IMG/VR virus record: IMGVR_UViG_3300030294_000020
Length of the DNA stretch: 64,000 bases
DNA from: an uncultured virus (IMG/VR IMGVR_UViG_3300030294_000020)
Lineage: Duplodnaviria > Heunggongvirae > Uroviricota > Caudoviricetes
Strand: one strand, 5' to 3'
The notes below the pieces were generated by a model. It was not told the DNA's origin, searched no databases, and saw only the letters and a program-made list of their open reading frames with translations. Below, one piece after another: positions 28,755-39,077 of this stretch; position 1 is the first letter of the stretch; each line of letters starts with the position of its first letter. A program made the translations under genes and the position numbers.

Positions 28755-29165
28755 TTATTTTTCATTAATAATCATACTTGATCCAGCATCCATTTGTGTT
28801 TTCAGAGACTTCATATCTTTATCACTTAATACATTTTTAATTATAAACTCATCCTTATGCATAAACCTATCAAAGTCTATAGTACCATCAGCATAGAATC
28901 TACCATCCTTAAAATCATAACTATCATCCATCATAGACCTAAGAAGTTGTAATTCAGCAATCATAGCATCAAGGCTTTCTACTTTTGTAAAAGTTAAAAT
29001 TACTTGTGCATCATCTGGATTCCAACCTTCACCATTAGGCACTCTCTCATTAATCTCATGAGGCTCCTGTGTAATACAACATAAAGCCCCAACCTTATCA
29101 CTTAAAACAGCAGTCATTAATATATCACCACTACCAAATTCCATTTTAGCAATACCTTTTATCAT
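28755..29165 (-). CDS. Hypothetical protein
   Basis: ORF track; overlaps neighbour. Confidence 0.55.
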   Translation of the reverse strand: MIKGIAKMEFGSGDILMTAVLSDKVGALCCITQEPHEINERVPNGEGWNPDDAQVILTFTKVESLDAMIAELQLLRSMMDDSYDFKDGRFYADGTIDFDRFMHKDEFIIKNVLSDKDMKSLKTQMDAGSSMIINEK

Positions 29166-29425
29166 ACTATCACTCCTCTAAATTCTACTTTAAATGAAAC
29201 AATATCATTCTCATAATCATCTTTAGTTTTAAGAGTAACATCATCTAATTCTATTTTAACTGCCTTATTTCCACCTTTACCTAATGGCATTGGTATATTA
29301 TTATCCTGAAAATTTTTAATGTAGTTATATATAAATTCTGCTTCAATTTTAGAATCACCAGTATATATTGTAGTTGATGTGTATTGTCCTTTTTTTAATA
29401 TTGGTGCAGTGATTTTTTCACTCAT
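29162..29425 (-). CDS. Hypothetical protein, paralog of C-terminus of 29422-29982
   Basis: Shared LKKG..TxxYxG and identical EFRGVIV end. Confidence 0.6.
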   Translation of the reverse strand: MSEKITAPILKKGQYTSTTIYTGDSKIEAEFIYNYIKNFQDNNIPMPLGKGGNKAVKIELDDVTLKTKDDYENDIVSFKVEFRGVIV

Positions 29426-29982
29426 ACTATCACTCCTCTAAATTCTATTCTATAAGTAGTACTCATGTCTCCAATATTTGGTTTATTCATATTTATAATC
29501 TCTTCTATAAGAACTTTAATATCAAGACCATTAATAGGCATTGGCTCTTTATCAGTATATAATCGATTGATATAATTATAGTTCCCTCTTGCTATATCCT
29601 CAGATTTACCTTGATATAAAATAGTATAAATCGTTTCTCCTTTTTTTAGGGTATTTGCTATTGTTAAGAACTTTTCAAATGTTATTGGACGATCATCTTC
29701 AATCTTCTCACCATAATTATCTGGTCCATCTACAACATCATGTACCTGTTGAGCAACTTTAGCCGGAACAACAATACCATAATCCATATCAAAGAAATAT
29801 AGTACATGAATATTCTTACCATCTATAGTAACCTCTATTAGTTGCATTATAGCATATTCTTTAGGTATAATATCTGCTCTAATCCAACATATAAATTTAT
29901 CCTTTTTAAACACCATAATATCTCTAATATATGGATTTGTAATAACCTTTCCCACTATTTCATTTGTTATATTGTCTCTCAA
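29422..29982 (-). CDS. Hypothetical protein
   Basis: ORF track; EFRGVIV end. Confidence 0.55.
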   Translation of the reverse strand: MRDNITNEIVGKVITNPYIRDIMVFKKDKFICWIRADIIPKEYAIMQLIEVTIDGKNIHVLYFFDMDYGIVVPAKVAQQVHDVVDGPDNYGEKIEDDRPITFEKFLTIANTLKKGETIYTILYQGKSEDIARGNYNYINRLYTDKEPMPINGLDIKVLIEEIINMNKPNIGDMSTTYRIEFRGVIV

Positions 29983-30283
29983 TTTAATAACCCCTTTTCT
30001 TTCTTTTTTGGATAGAATGCTTTAAAACACTCTCCTATACTAATACATTGCATTAATGTGCATTTAGGTTTTTCTGCAGTACAAGTTAAGCATTGTTCAG
30101 ATAATAAGGCTATATATTCTTTCATTTCATTACTTCCTTCTTAGGATAATATTCATTAAAACATTTAGGACATAGGTAATCATATATACTACCATCAAGA
30201 CAACAACTTTTTATTGTTACTTTCTTGCCACATAGTCTACATTTAAATTTATCTATATAAATTGGCATAACAACTACTCCTTC

Positions 30284-30559
30284 TTATAGAAATATATGAT
30301 CTCTCATCATTGTAGGAACATCTGTATTACTAACTTGTTTAAATTTATCATAAAGTTCTGCATTTGACCCATATTTACTATTTAATGCATCCTTTATATA
30401 ATCACAAGTTTTCTCTTTATCTGAGTTAAATTTTGTTTTACTAAATTCTATTATAGCATATATCAATTCTTTTACATCTTCTGATACTTCTTTATCTTCT
30501 GGAATAAAATCACTGTCAAAGTCCATACCAGGATTTACCATTAATATATCTTTTCCCAT
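30284..30559 (-). CDS. Hypothetical protein with GMDFDSD motif
   Basis: ORF with GGAG RBS; N-terminus resembles the 30610-30762 peptide. Confidence 0.6.
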   Translation of the reverse strand: MGKDILMVNPGMDFDSDFIPEDKEVSEDVKELIYAIIEFSKTKFNSDKEKTCDYIKDALNSKYGSNAELYDKFKQVSNTDVPTMMRDHIFL

Positions 30560-30609
30560 TAATAATCACTCCTTAATTTTAGTTATATATGTAAGACAAA
30601 AGAAAAAGC

Positions 30610-30762
30610 CTAAGCTTCTTCCTCTTTATTCTTTTCAAGTTCCTTTATCATTAAGTCTAACCCTTTTAGCATATCTTTTGTCATTCTCTGCCATGTTTCT
30701 TTATCTGGAGAATTATCCCCATCAAAATCCATACCAGCTAAACTTATTATTTTTCCTGCCAT
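30610..30762 (-). CDS. 50-aa cassette peptide containing LAGMDFDGDN
   Basis: Hand-translated MAGKIISLAGMDFDGDNSPDKETWQRMTKDMLKGLDLMIKELEKNKEEEA; GGAGG RBS; stop inside terminator repeat. Confidence 0.75.
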   Translation of the reverse strand: MAGKIISLAGMDFDGDNSPDKETWQRMTKDMLKGLDLMIKELEKNKEEEA

Positions 30763-30853
30763 AATTAGTCCTCCTTTAATTTCAAAAGTCCTTCTATTAA
30801 AGGGTATGTTTTTCCTGCGTACTTAGAAGTCCTAGGTAAACAAAAGAAAAAGC

Positions 30854-31009
30854 CTAAGCTTCTTCCTCTCTAATAATTTCAGTTATATCTCCATGATAGT
30901 CATAATATTTTTCTTTTTTATTCATAGCAATATGAGCTCCTATATTTGCACCGATAAGTGATCCTATAAAAGTTGATATTACAAATATTAATTTATATTT
31001 ATTTTTCAT
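30854..31009 (-). CDS. 51-aa single-TM cassette protein
   Basis: MKNKYKLIFVISTFIGSLIGANIG..REEEA; stop inside terminator repeat. Confidence 0.7.
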   Translation of the reverse strand: MKNKYKLIFVISTFIGSLIGANIGAHIAMNKKEKYYDYHGDITEIIREEEA

Positions 31010-31277
31010 GATAATAACCTTCTTTCATTATAAGCCATGTTTTTCCTGCGTACTTATAAGTAGTTGAAGTTCTCTCGTTGTTAAACCAGACTCTAGTATC
31101 ATGTCTAATGTAATTTTATCTACTAACTCGCCCATCTTCTCCTTTAATTTTTCACTCGAAATATCACTATTATCAAAAGTTTTCCCCATTAATATCTAGC
31201 CCCTTTCATACTTAGAAGTCCTAATAATACTACCAAAGCAATAATCCCTATAATTAATAAGGATATCCAAAGAATCT

Positions 31278-31661
31278 TCACAAATAATCTTCATTATATT
31301 TTCTCAAGTCTGGGAATATCTCTTTAATACCTTTAAGATGGCTCATCAAATATTCTCTATTAAAAGCATACCAAATAGCTCCGACTGGATATTTAGTTTC
31401 ATATAAGCCATAAGTATAAGGTCTATCTGGATATTCTTCAAGTAATTCTTTAGAGCTACTAATGTAAACCATTTCTTTCTTAGACTCCAACTCAACCAAT
31501 ATCTCTATAACAGAACCTTCATAATAATGAGCAACGGTCTCAAGATTATTAGAGAACCATATTAGTTCTCCACATTCCTTATTAAGTAAATCTTTACCTT
31601 TTTGTACATTTGTTCCTATCATTAGTTTAACTATATGATTTGGTGTTTTTCTTTTTTTCAT
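31278..31661 (-). CDS. Hypothetical protein
   Basis: ORF with RBS. Confidence 0.55.
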   Translation of the reverse strand: MKKRKTPNHIVKLMIGTNVQKGKDLLNKECGELIWFSNNLETVAHYYEGSVIEILVELESKKEMVYISSSKELLEEYPDRPYTYGLYETKYPVGAIWYAFNREYLMSHLKGIKEIFPDLRKYNEDYL

Positions 31662-31686
31662 TAATAAAACCCTCTTTCAAATATGA

Positions 31687-31941
31687 TTAATCAATTTCTT
31701 TAAAACCATAATATTTAATTCGGCTAGGGGATATATCTTCACAACAAATATATTCCCACATATTAATAGTCTTTTCAACCTTTATTCCATCAATATCTAC
31801 TATGAAACAAGTATTTCCATAACAATATTCTGGAGAAGCACCAAGAAATATAAAATCATAAACTTGTGACTTATCTATTTTTAAGCCTTTTTCTAGAATA
31901 ATGTTTTTAAGTGCTTCGTCTGTACAATGATATAATTTCAT
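31687..31941 (-). CDS. Small ADP-ribosyltransferase-fold (Tpt1/PARP-like) protein
   Basis: LYHCT..ILEKGL..IFL..YG..EY...ISPSRI. Confidence 0.45.
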   Translation of the reverse strand: MKLYHCTDEALKNIILEKGLKIDKSQVYDFIFLGASPEYCYGNTCFIVDIDGIKVEKTINMWEYICCEDISPSRIKYYGFKEID

Positions 31942-32373
31942 TTTCTTTTTCCCCTAATTAATTCTCCAATAGACATAATTATTATCAAAACTATTATAAA
32001 TATAACTAATACTTTCATTTTTTCTCCTATTCTCTATAAGAATCATATATTTCAAGTTCAACACCTGCATCTGTAATTTGTAATACTATATCTTCACCAG
32101 TAGACTTACACCAAGCTACTAAGTCTTCTACGGTATTAAAATGCTTAAACTCCTCAAACCTAGATTCACTTGTCTTTGTTATCTTAAATACCATTATTAA
32201 ATCACTCCTTAATATTTATTATAATACAAGCTATTAGCCCAAGTAATATTAAAATTGAAATTAACAAGCATACTATAGATATCTCAAGACTTATATTTCT
32301 TACTATTGTATTATATAACATCATTAATAATGTGGTTGCTATATAAATAACAATAGATTGTTTTGCAGTACTC

Positions 32374-33048
32374 TTATTCATCTTTATGCTCCCTCCATCT
32401 CATTAATTGTAGGGCTTTAGCATTACCCCATACATGATCTGCTAAGTAAAATCCAGTAGTACCATCAAAACTTCTCATTTCAAGATAAAATACTGATTGT
32501 TTTGTTAGTTCTGGGTAGTCATGTTGAAGTTTAACTAGTTCATAAGCCCATTTATTGAATTGTTTATCATCTACAAAGTTGGTATCATATTGATAATATA
32601 AAACACTATGAACTATTACTTGTCTTTGTCTATGATTTATTAACTCTAGAATACCATCCTTATGGTCATCAGCAGTATATATCAAATGAACCAATCCTCC
32701 TTGAATGCCATCAAGAACTACACTTTCCTTATTATACTTGAATAAATATAATTCATTTGGTGTTATGATACTGAATATATTAAATATTATCTCATTAAGC
32801 TCATCTCTCAAAGTATTGTCTTTTTCAAAGTATATTATTGTTCTATTTTCATCTCGTGGTTTAGGAAAATCTATCATATAACTTTCTCCTTCTATCCTAG
32901 TACAATAAGTTCCACCATTTTTTTTAAACTTAATTATATCGTTAGAAGACATAATACTTGATACACCATATTCAATATCATCATCATCTGTAAATAAATT
33001 AGTATTTGGGTCATAGTAAATAGCCATCACATTATTTTCCAAATTCAT
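32374..33048 (-). CDS. Paralog-family protein fused to NAD-ligase domain Ia-like segment
   Basis: Family repeat plus VHSVLYYQYDTNFVDDKQFNKWAYELVKLQHDYPE. Confidence 0.55.
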   Translation of the reverse strand: MNLENNVMAIYYDPNTNLFTDDDDIEYGVSSIMSSNDIIKFKKNGGTYCTRIEGESYMIDFPKPRDENRTIIYFEKDNTLRDELNEIIFNIFSIITPNELYLFKYNKESVVLDGIQGGLVHLIYTADDHKDGILELINHRQRQVIVHSVLYYQYDTNFVDDKQFNKWAYELVKLQHDYPELTKQSVFYLEMRSFDGTTGFYLADHVWGNAKALQLMRWREHKDE

Positions 33049-33427
33049 ACACCATTTTTACAACTCCACCTTTTAAATTATTAACAAATATGGTCTTTTT
33101 ATTCTGCTTAAATAGCAGTAAGTCATTAGGTGTTATAATGCTAAATATATTGAATACTAACTCCCCATACTCATCATCAAACATATTAGTAAACCTATCA
33201 TAATATATAGATCTTTCTAAGTCTCTAATAGGAAATGAGATTGCAAAAGTTTGTATATCATGTTCATCTCTAGATCCATCAGTATAATAAGTACCACCAT
33301 TTTTTTTAAAGAATAATATTTGATCAATGGGCATAATGTCAGATATATCATATTCAATTTGACCCATTTCATCTTCAAAAGTGTTATTATTATCGTTATA
33401 ACATATTAACATTGCTTCATCACCCAT
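33032..33427 (-). CDS. Paralog-family acidic protein
   Basis: YDISDIMPID..GGTYY..FPIRD..FNIFSIITPNDL. Confidence 0.65.
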   Translation of the reverse strand: MGDEAMLICYNDNNNTFEDEMGQIEYDISDIMPIDQILFFKKNGGTYYTDGSRDEHDIQTFAISFPIRDLERSIYYDRFTNMFDDEYGELVFNIFSIITPNDLLLFKQNKKTIFVNNLKGGVVKMVYEFGK

Positions 33428-33810
33428 TAATACTCAACTCCTTCTTCACAATAAATTAGTTCTACAATATCACCAGATGGCTTTGTAATAGTAATACTTT
33501 GTTTTTCTGTTTTAAACATATATAAATCATTAGGTGTTATAATACTAAACATATTAAATAATATATCTCCCTCTTCATCATACATGACATTAGTTAATGC
33601 ATCATAATTTAATGTTCGAATTGAATCTCTAATAGGAAACTCAATTTCAACACTTTCCCCATTTATGATATAATAATAAGTACCGCCAACTTTTTTGTAT
33701 TTTGCAATATCATCAATGGGCATAATGTCGGATATATCATAAAAAAATTCTCCTGAGTCATCTTCGAAACTATTATCACTATCATTATAATATATAGACA
33801 TTATACTCAA
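33427..33810 (-). CDS. Paralog-family acidic protein
   Basis: Same motifs as 33032-33427. Confidence 0.65.
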   Translation of the reverse strand: MSIMSIYYNDSDNSFEDDSGEFFYDISDIMPIDDIAKYKKVGGTYYYIINGESVEIEFPIRDSIRTLNYDALTNVMYDEEGDILFNMFSIITPNDLYMFKTEKQSITITKPSGDIVELIYCEEGVEY

Positions 33811-33816
33811 CTCCTT

Positions 33817-36504
33817 CTAAATTTTTATAGGTAATACATTATTTGTATCAAGAAATAATTCAAACTTATCTTTAACAAAATCATCTTCTAATTCTGATTT
33901 GCATATTGTGAATTTAAACATTAGATTCTGGGATGTACCAATTTGATAATATTCAACTCTAATAGCTAAAGTTTGATCACGATCAAAATACTCTACCCCA
34001 ACCACATGTATTTTATTAGCTAATTTTTCTTTGATAACATCATTGGTTATATTTATAAATTCCCACATTAACAATCATCTCCTATTTTTTAATAAAATCC
34101 TTACCATCACATTCACCACAAGGCCAAAGAAAACCTTTAACTTTTTTAGCAATATATCTTATTGAGACATTATGCTTAGTGCACATATGATTTACAAAAT
34201 TATCAAGACCTTCTTTTTCCATAATAAGTTTTAAGTTTTTGCATTCATTACAATTTGCCAAGATTAACATCTCCTATCAAGTCAAAGTCTTTACCATTGC
34301 ATGCCCAACAGGGTCTAACACTATCCTTGAATATTTTAGAAGTTATCTTTAATTCAGTTTTATGTTTTGTGCAGTTAAACTTTATATTTTTTAGTTCTCC
34401 TTTGCCAATTACAACAGATTCCATATTTTTGCATTTAGTACAACTTACCATTTTTATCCTTCTCTCATTCTAAATAAATTAGTGTAACCTTTTTACCTGG
34501 TTTTCCAACAATCATATTTGTTTGATTATGTTTGAATAAGAATAATTCATTAGGGGTTATAAAATGAAATATATCAAATATTGTATACTCATTCTCATCT
34601 CTCATAACATTATTTTCAACATCATAGTGTAATACAATATTAGCCTTTGGAACAAATTTTACTAAGTCTCCTATAATACTCACTCCTTAACCGATATAAT
34701 AAAAGACATACTTGGTGATTTAAATATACCAAAAAGAACTAATATCTTATATAACTTTGAATCTAAACTTCTTTTTCTCCAGTGGTTCCAAAGTTTTATA
34801 TGACTTATCATAATACTCACTCCTTAATAAGTAAGTTTAAAAACTTAATAGCAATCTCATTAGCTTTATCAAGTCCTATTTCTGAGTTGTCCATTATTGA
34901 ACAAGCTAAATTCGCCTGCCAAGAATAATAATAACTTCCTGGATCTTTATCAATTGCTAATTCATGAGTAATAATTTTCATAGCCTTAGCTACTGATACC
35001 TCTTCTTTTTTAATGCCCTCATCTAGAACATCAATAGCTACTTTAATAGCATTTATTCCATCATTACTTAATTGCCAATTACCAATAGTAGTTGAACCAT
35101 CTCTATTATAATTAATAGCCTGTTCTAATATACTTTTTGCTCTTTGTCTATCCATTATTAATCACTCCTTAATTTGTTTTTGTATACTTCTAATTTTTCT
35201 TTCCAATTAGGAACTCCAGCCCATTGTAAAACCATAGCATTTAACTCAATATCACATTCCAAACATATGGGTCTATATTGATTACCATCTGAACATATTT
35301 GCCATTGAAATACTGCTTGCTTACCACATCTAAAACATTTCTTTCTTTTTATTCCTATTTTAGTATAAGGCTTTAGTCTCATGATATCTTACCCATAAAT
35401 GATAGAATAATCATTGCAAATATAAGACCAATCAATAGTAATATAAATATACTGATTACTACTCTCATGAATCGTACTAATAACGTATACATATTATCTA
35501 CCAAAATACTCATCTTGAGTCTCACAATGTCCTCCATAGGGGCTATCTGTCTCATCAGTATTAGCATGATATTCTGATATTTTATTTAAACAACTTTTTT
35601 GAAAAGATTGGTCTTTCTTAAATGATTCATTAGATTCAAGTCTTTGTATAGCTGAAGCAGCAAGTTTTAGTAACTCACTCATTCGTCCTTGATATCGGTC
35701 AGCCGTTTCATATAATTCATCTATTAACTTTTCATTCATTTATTAATCACTCCTTATTTTCTTTCAATATCTCCAATTCTACTTCTTTATCTGTCTTGTG
35801 CCATCCTGTAACATATTTAATTACTGACTGCATTGCTTCTATAGTTGCAATAGCCATAAAAAATGTCATCCAAGGATGTGCCATATACCAATTATTCATT
35901 ATTAATCACTCCTTTACACTTTTGACATTGTGATAGCTGTTTCTATAGTATTTCTTAAATATTCAGCCTCGTCTTTTTTAATTGGAATGCAAGTTCCCTC
36001 ACTACCACAATAATGACAGAAGTTTATATCTTTTTCTACTGGTACAGCTGAATTAGCAAAGCACCTCATACAAAAGGCTACTGTATCTTTCTTTTTAATA
36101 CTTTCTAGTTCCTTTATTTTAACTAGAGTTTTATTTATCATATTGTTAGTAGCCAAATTCCATTTGTGCTTGTTTTCAAATACTTCTGACATAGTAGTAG
36201 AGTTTTCATCTATCAAATACTTCTGACCTTTTAACCATTCAATTAAATCTTCATTCAATACAAATCACTCCTCTTCTTCTATTTGGACTACTTGTAATTC
36301 ATCAACGTCAATAGTTTTTAACGCAAGTTCTTTACCCACTATACATACAGCCATTGTCTTTTGTTTAACTTCTGTAAAGGCTGGGTCTTGAAATACTACG
36401 AAGTCTACTATAAGTACATTAGTCTTAACCATTTCTTTATCACCTGTCAACTCATCAAATTCCTTAATCTCAAGTCTACTCCATACTGCCCCTATTTGTA
36501 TCAT
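33817..36504 (-). other. Cluster of about 10 small hypothetical genes, several with CxxC zinc-binding motifs
   Basis: ORFs 33817, 34082, 34248, 34465, 34817, 35158, 35494, 35914, 36265; tightly packed with GGAG RBSs. Confidence 0.55.
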
Positions 36505-36619
36505 TATTAATCACTCCTCATCTAAATATTAAAATAATATAAACCTCTATAATAATTCTATAAACATCCGGATATCTATGGAATCAATATAGAGGTCTAC
36601 CTAATTAAAAATTTATTTC

Positions 36620-37537
36620 TTAGATTTGATCAAAGATAACCCCATCAACATTAAAGTCAAGTAAGATAACTTTATCACGACCATTAGCTCCATCAATATT
36701 AAGAATCTCAGATACTCCAAAGTCTACATAGTTATCTCCATTTTCGCCTTTAACCCATCCAACAATAGTACCTGCTTTAGTTCTAGGTACACCTAACATA
36801 TCATACACTTCATTTAAGAATATATGTCCTCTAGATCCTAATATATCATTAGCAAACTGTTGATTAGATCTTAAGAACATTAGATTGTAATCATGTGTTG
36901 GCATCCAATTTTTAGATGATTCATCAAAGAGTACAGCATATTGACTTTGACCTGGGTCAACTAAAACCTCTGCATCTGTCTTAACATTCTTAGAAGTTCC
37001 ATCTTCAGCTATTACTTTTGTAGATATCTTTTCTTTTTTTATACCATATTTGTATTCCCTGTCCTTATCTACACCAGCATCTTCAACAACCCTTGCTCTA
37101 TATTTGCTGAAGGCTTCTTCTACACCTTTGTAAGCAACCATCAAAGCAACATTCCTCGTCTTAAGAATCTTATAAGAACAAAGAATTGATCCAATAGATA
37201 ATACACTAAGAGTTACAGCAGGTAAATATAACTTACCCATTTTTACTCCTGTCTGAACATACGTAATAAATAAGTCTTTGTTAACATCTTTTTCTGTATA
37301 CTTTTCATTACCTTGTGATCCTTCATCTTTGATTCTAGCTACTGTATCCTGAGCTTCGTCTACTATCTCTTCTAATTTAAGGGTAGCCTTACAAGCAAGA
37401 ACAGTTGATACTACTATACCTATAACCCCTCCAACAATTAATAGCTCTGGGGAGTATTTAGCAATCTTAAGACCTGTACGTCCTGTTAAGTTTGTAACCT
37501 TTGTTGATACCTTAGATAATATTGTTAGTTTTTTCAT
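36620..37537 (-). CDS. Membrane-associated protein (DUF6353-like), paralog of 48465-49256
   Basis: SPELL..ACKATLK..YLPAV..LNEVYDMLG..GW. Confidence 0.65.
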   Translation of the reverse strand: MKKLTILSKVSTKVTNLTGRTGLKIAKYSPELLIVGGVIGIVVSTVLACKATLKLEEIVDEAQDTVARIKDEGSQGNEKYTEKDVNKDLFITYVQTGVKMGKLYLPAVTLSVLSIGSILCSYKILKTRNVALMVAYKGVEEAFSKYRARVVEDAGVDKDREYKYGIKKEKISTKVIAEDGTSKNVKTDAEVLVDPGQSQYAVLFDESSKNWMPTHDYNLMFLRSNQQFANDILGSRGHIFLNEVYDMLGVPRTKAGTIVGWVKGENGDNYVDFGVSEILNIDGANGRDKVILLDFNVDGVIFDQI

Positions 37538-38605
37538 TATTTTTTGTCTCCTTCTTAATTTGAATTATTTTTGTTATTTTATTATTACTGTCAACTTCGA
37601 ACAGTTGGGTATTTAACTGAATGGCCTGCTTTTTATTTTTCATGACCATGTTCCACAATTTGTATCATTCATTTTACAAGTATTTTTAGGTTCTTCTATG
37701 TTTTCAAACAACTTATTAAAAGTTTCATCTGAATAAATATTAAATGCTTTTGTAATATATTCACCATGCTCAATCATTAGATTTTGTTCAGGATCATCTT
37801 TATTTTTCATAAGACAATATACTTCACTAAGATTATGGAAACCATCAGGCATTCCTACAAGTATTGGATGGAGTAAAATTATTATACCGGCATTAACTTG
37901 TTCTGTAAACCACTCTGGATTAGGATCTAGCCCTATCTTAAAAGCTTCAAAGTGTTTTGATATTTTTCTAAATGTTGTAGTACTATTTTCTATAAGTTCA
38001 TAGACCTTTTCAAAATGCTCAGCCTCATAAGAATAAATAGGCCGATTCTGATTATTTACAATATATTGCCCATGATTAACAAAACTTGATATTCCATTTT
38101 CATTTCTTAAAATACAATAAGTATCACTCCTATGCTCAAATGGTGAATGATTTCCTACAGTTGGAGATAATAAAATGGCCTTGTTATTAGTAACCTTATC
38201 CATAAACCAATCTGGGATAGGATCTATACCTATTCTAAAAGCTTCAATTAAATCTGACTTTTGTCTAAACATCATAATACTGTTTCCTCCTTTTTATCAA
38301 CTAAATCATATTCATCTAAAAAAGCTCTTTCTGGGCATACAATTAAACTTCGTGCAACATTACCAGATGTATCAAATATTAGCCAATCACCAAATTTACA
38401 TGTATAATAATCATTTGATATATCAGTAGGAATATTTAAACAAGGTACATTGTCTGATCCAGTGCCACTAATAGTAATACCCTTTTGTATCTTACTAGCC
38501 CAATAATAAACAGCCTCCTTTGTTTCATTAGTAAATTGCATTGCTTCAATCGCTTTAGGTTTTCTTGTAACTTTCATTTAATCTTTCCTCCTTTTATTTT
38601 ATTTT

Positions 38606-38663
38606 AGATAAAGATAAATAATAAAGTCTAAGCTTTACTATAATTTGAACTTAAATTAGTCTG
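38606..38663 (-). ncRNA. Short non-coding cassette transcript
   Basis: Follows promoter 38664-38691; ATAGTAAAG-CTTAGA-CTTTATTAT hairpin; no ORF. Confidence 0.4.
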
Positions 38664-38693
38664 TTCTATTAAAGAGTATGTTTTTTACGCGTG

Positions 38694-39077
38694 TTATTTT
38701 CTATGCATATTATTTAGTTTATAAAACTTATCTATTTCTTTATCACTGTTTCTTATATTAATATCCGCATTACAGCCCTTGGTAGTTGCCATTACAACAT
38801 TGCACCCAAATAGTTTATTAAGTATAATGTCTAAATCATCGATAATAACATTTCTAGTTTCTAGTCCTCCATATCTTCTATGTCTATTAAACTCATCACT
38901 TTTAAAATAACTATTAGCACTAACAACTGATATTGGGCATTTCATAGCTACTGATTGATCAAATGTTGCTTTAACTGAAGTATCATTAGCAACTATTAAA
39001 AGACTATCTGTTGAATATGCTAACTCGATAGCCTTGGTTGTTTTAGCTGATCTTCTATTACCTGCATATATAATCAT
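38694..39077 (-). CDS. Small P-loop-like protein
   Basis: GNRRSAKTT, VIIDD. Confidence 0.5.
   Translation of the reverse strand: MIIYAGNRRSAKTTKAIELAYSTDSLLIVANDTSVKATFDQSVAMKCPISVVSANSYFKSDEFNRHRRYGGLETRNVIIDDLDIILNKLFGCNVVMATTKGCNADINIRNSDKEIDKFYKLNNMHRK

Larger units (their letters stand above)
30595..31050 (-). repeat. Two outlying promoter-gene-terminator cassettes
   Basis: Terminator repeats at 30595 and 30841; promoter repeats at 30792-30819 and 31024-31050. Confidence 0.85.
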
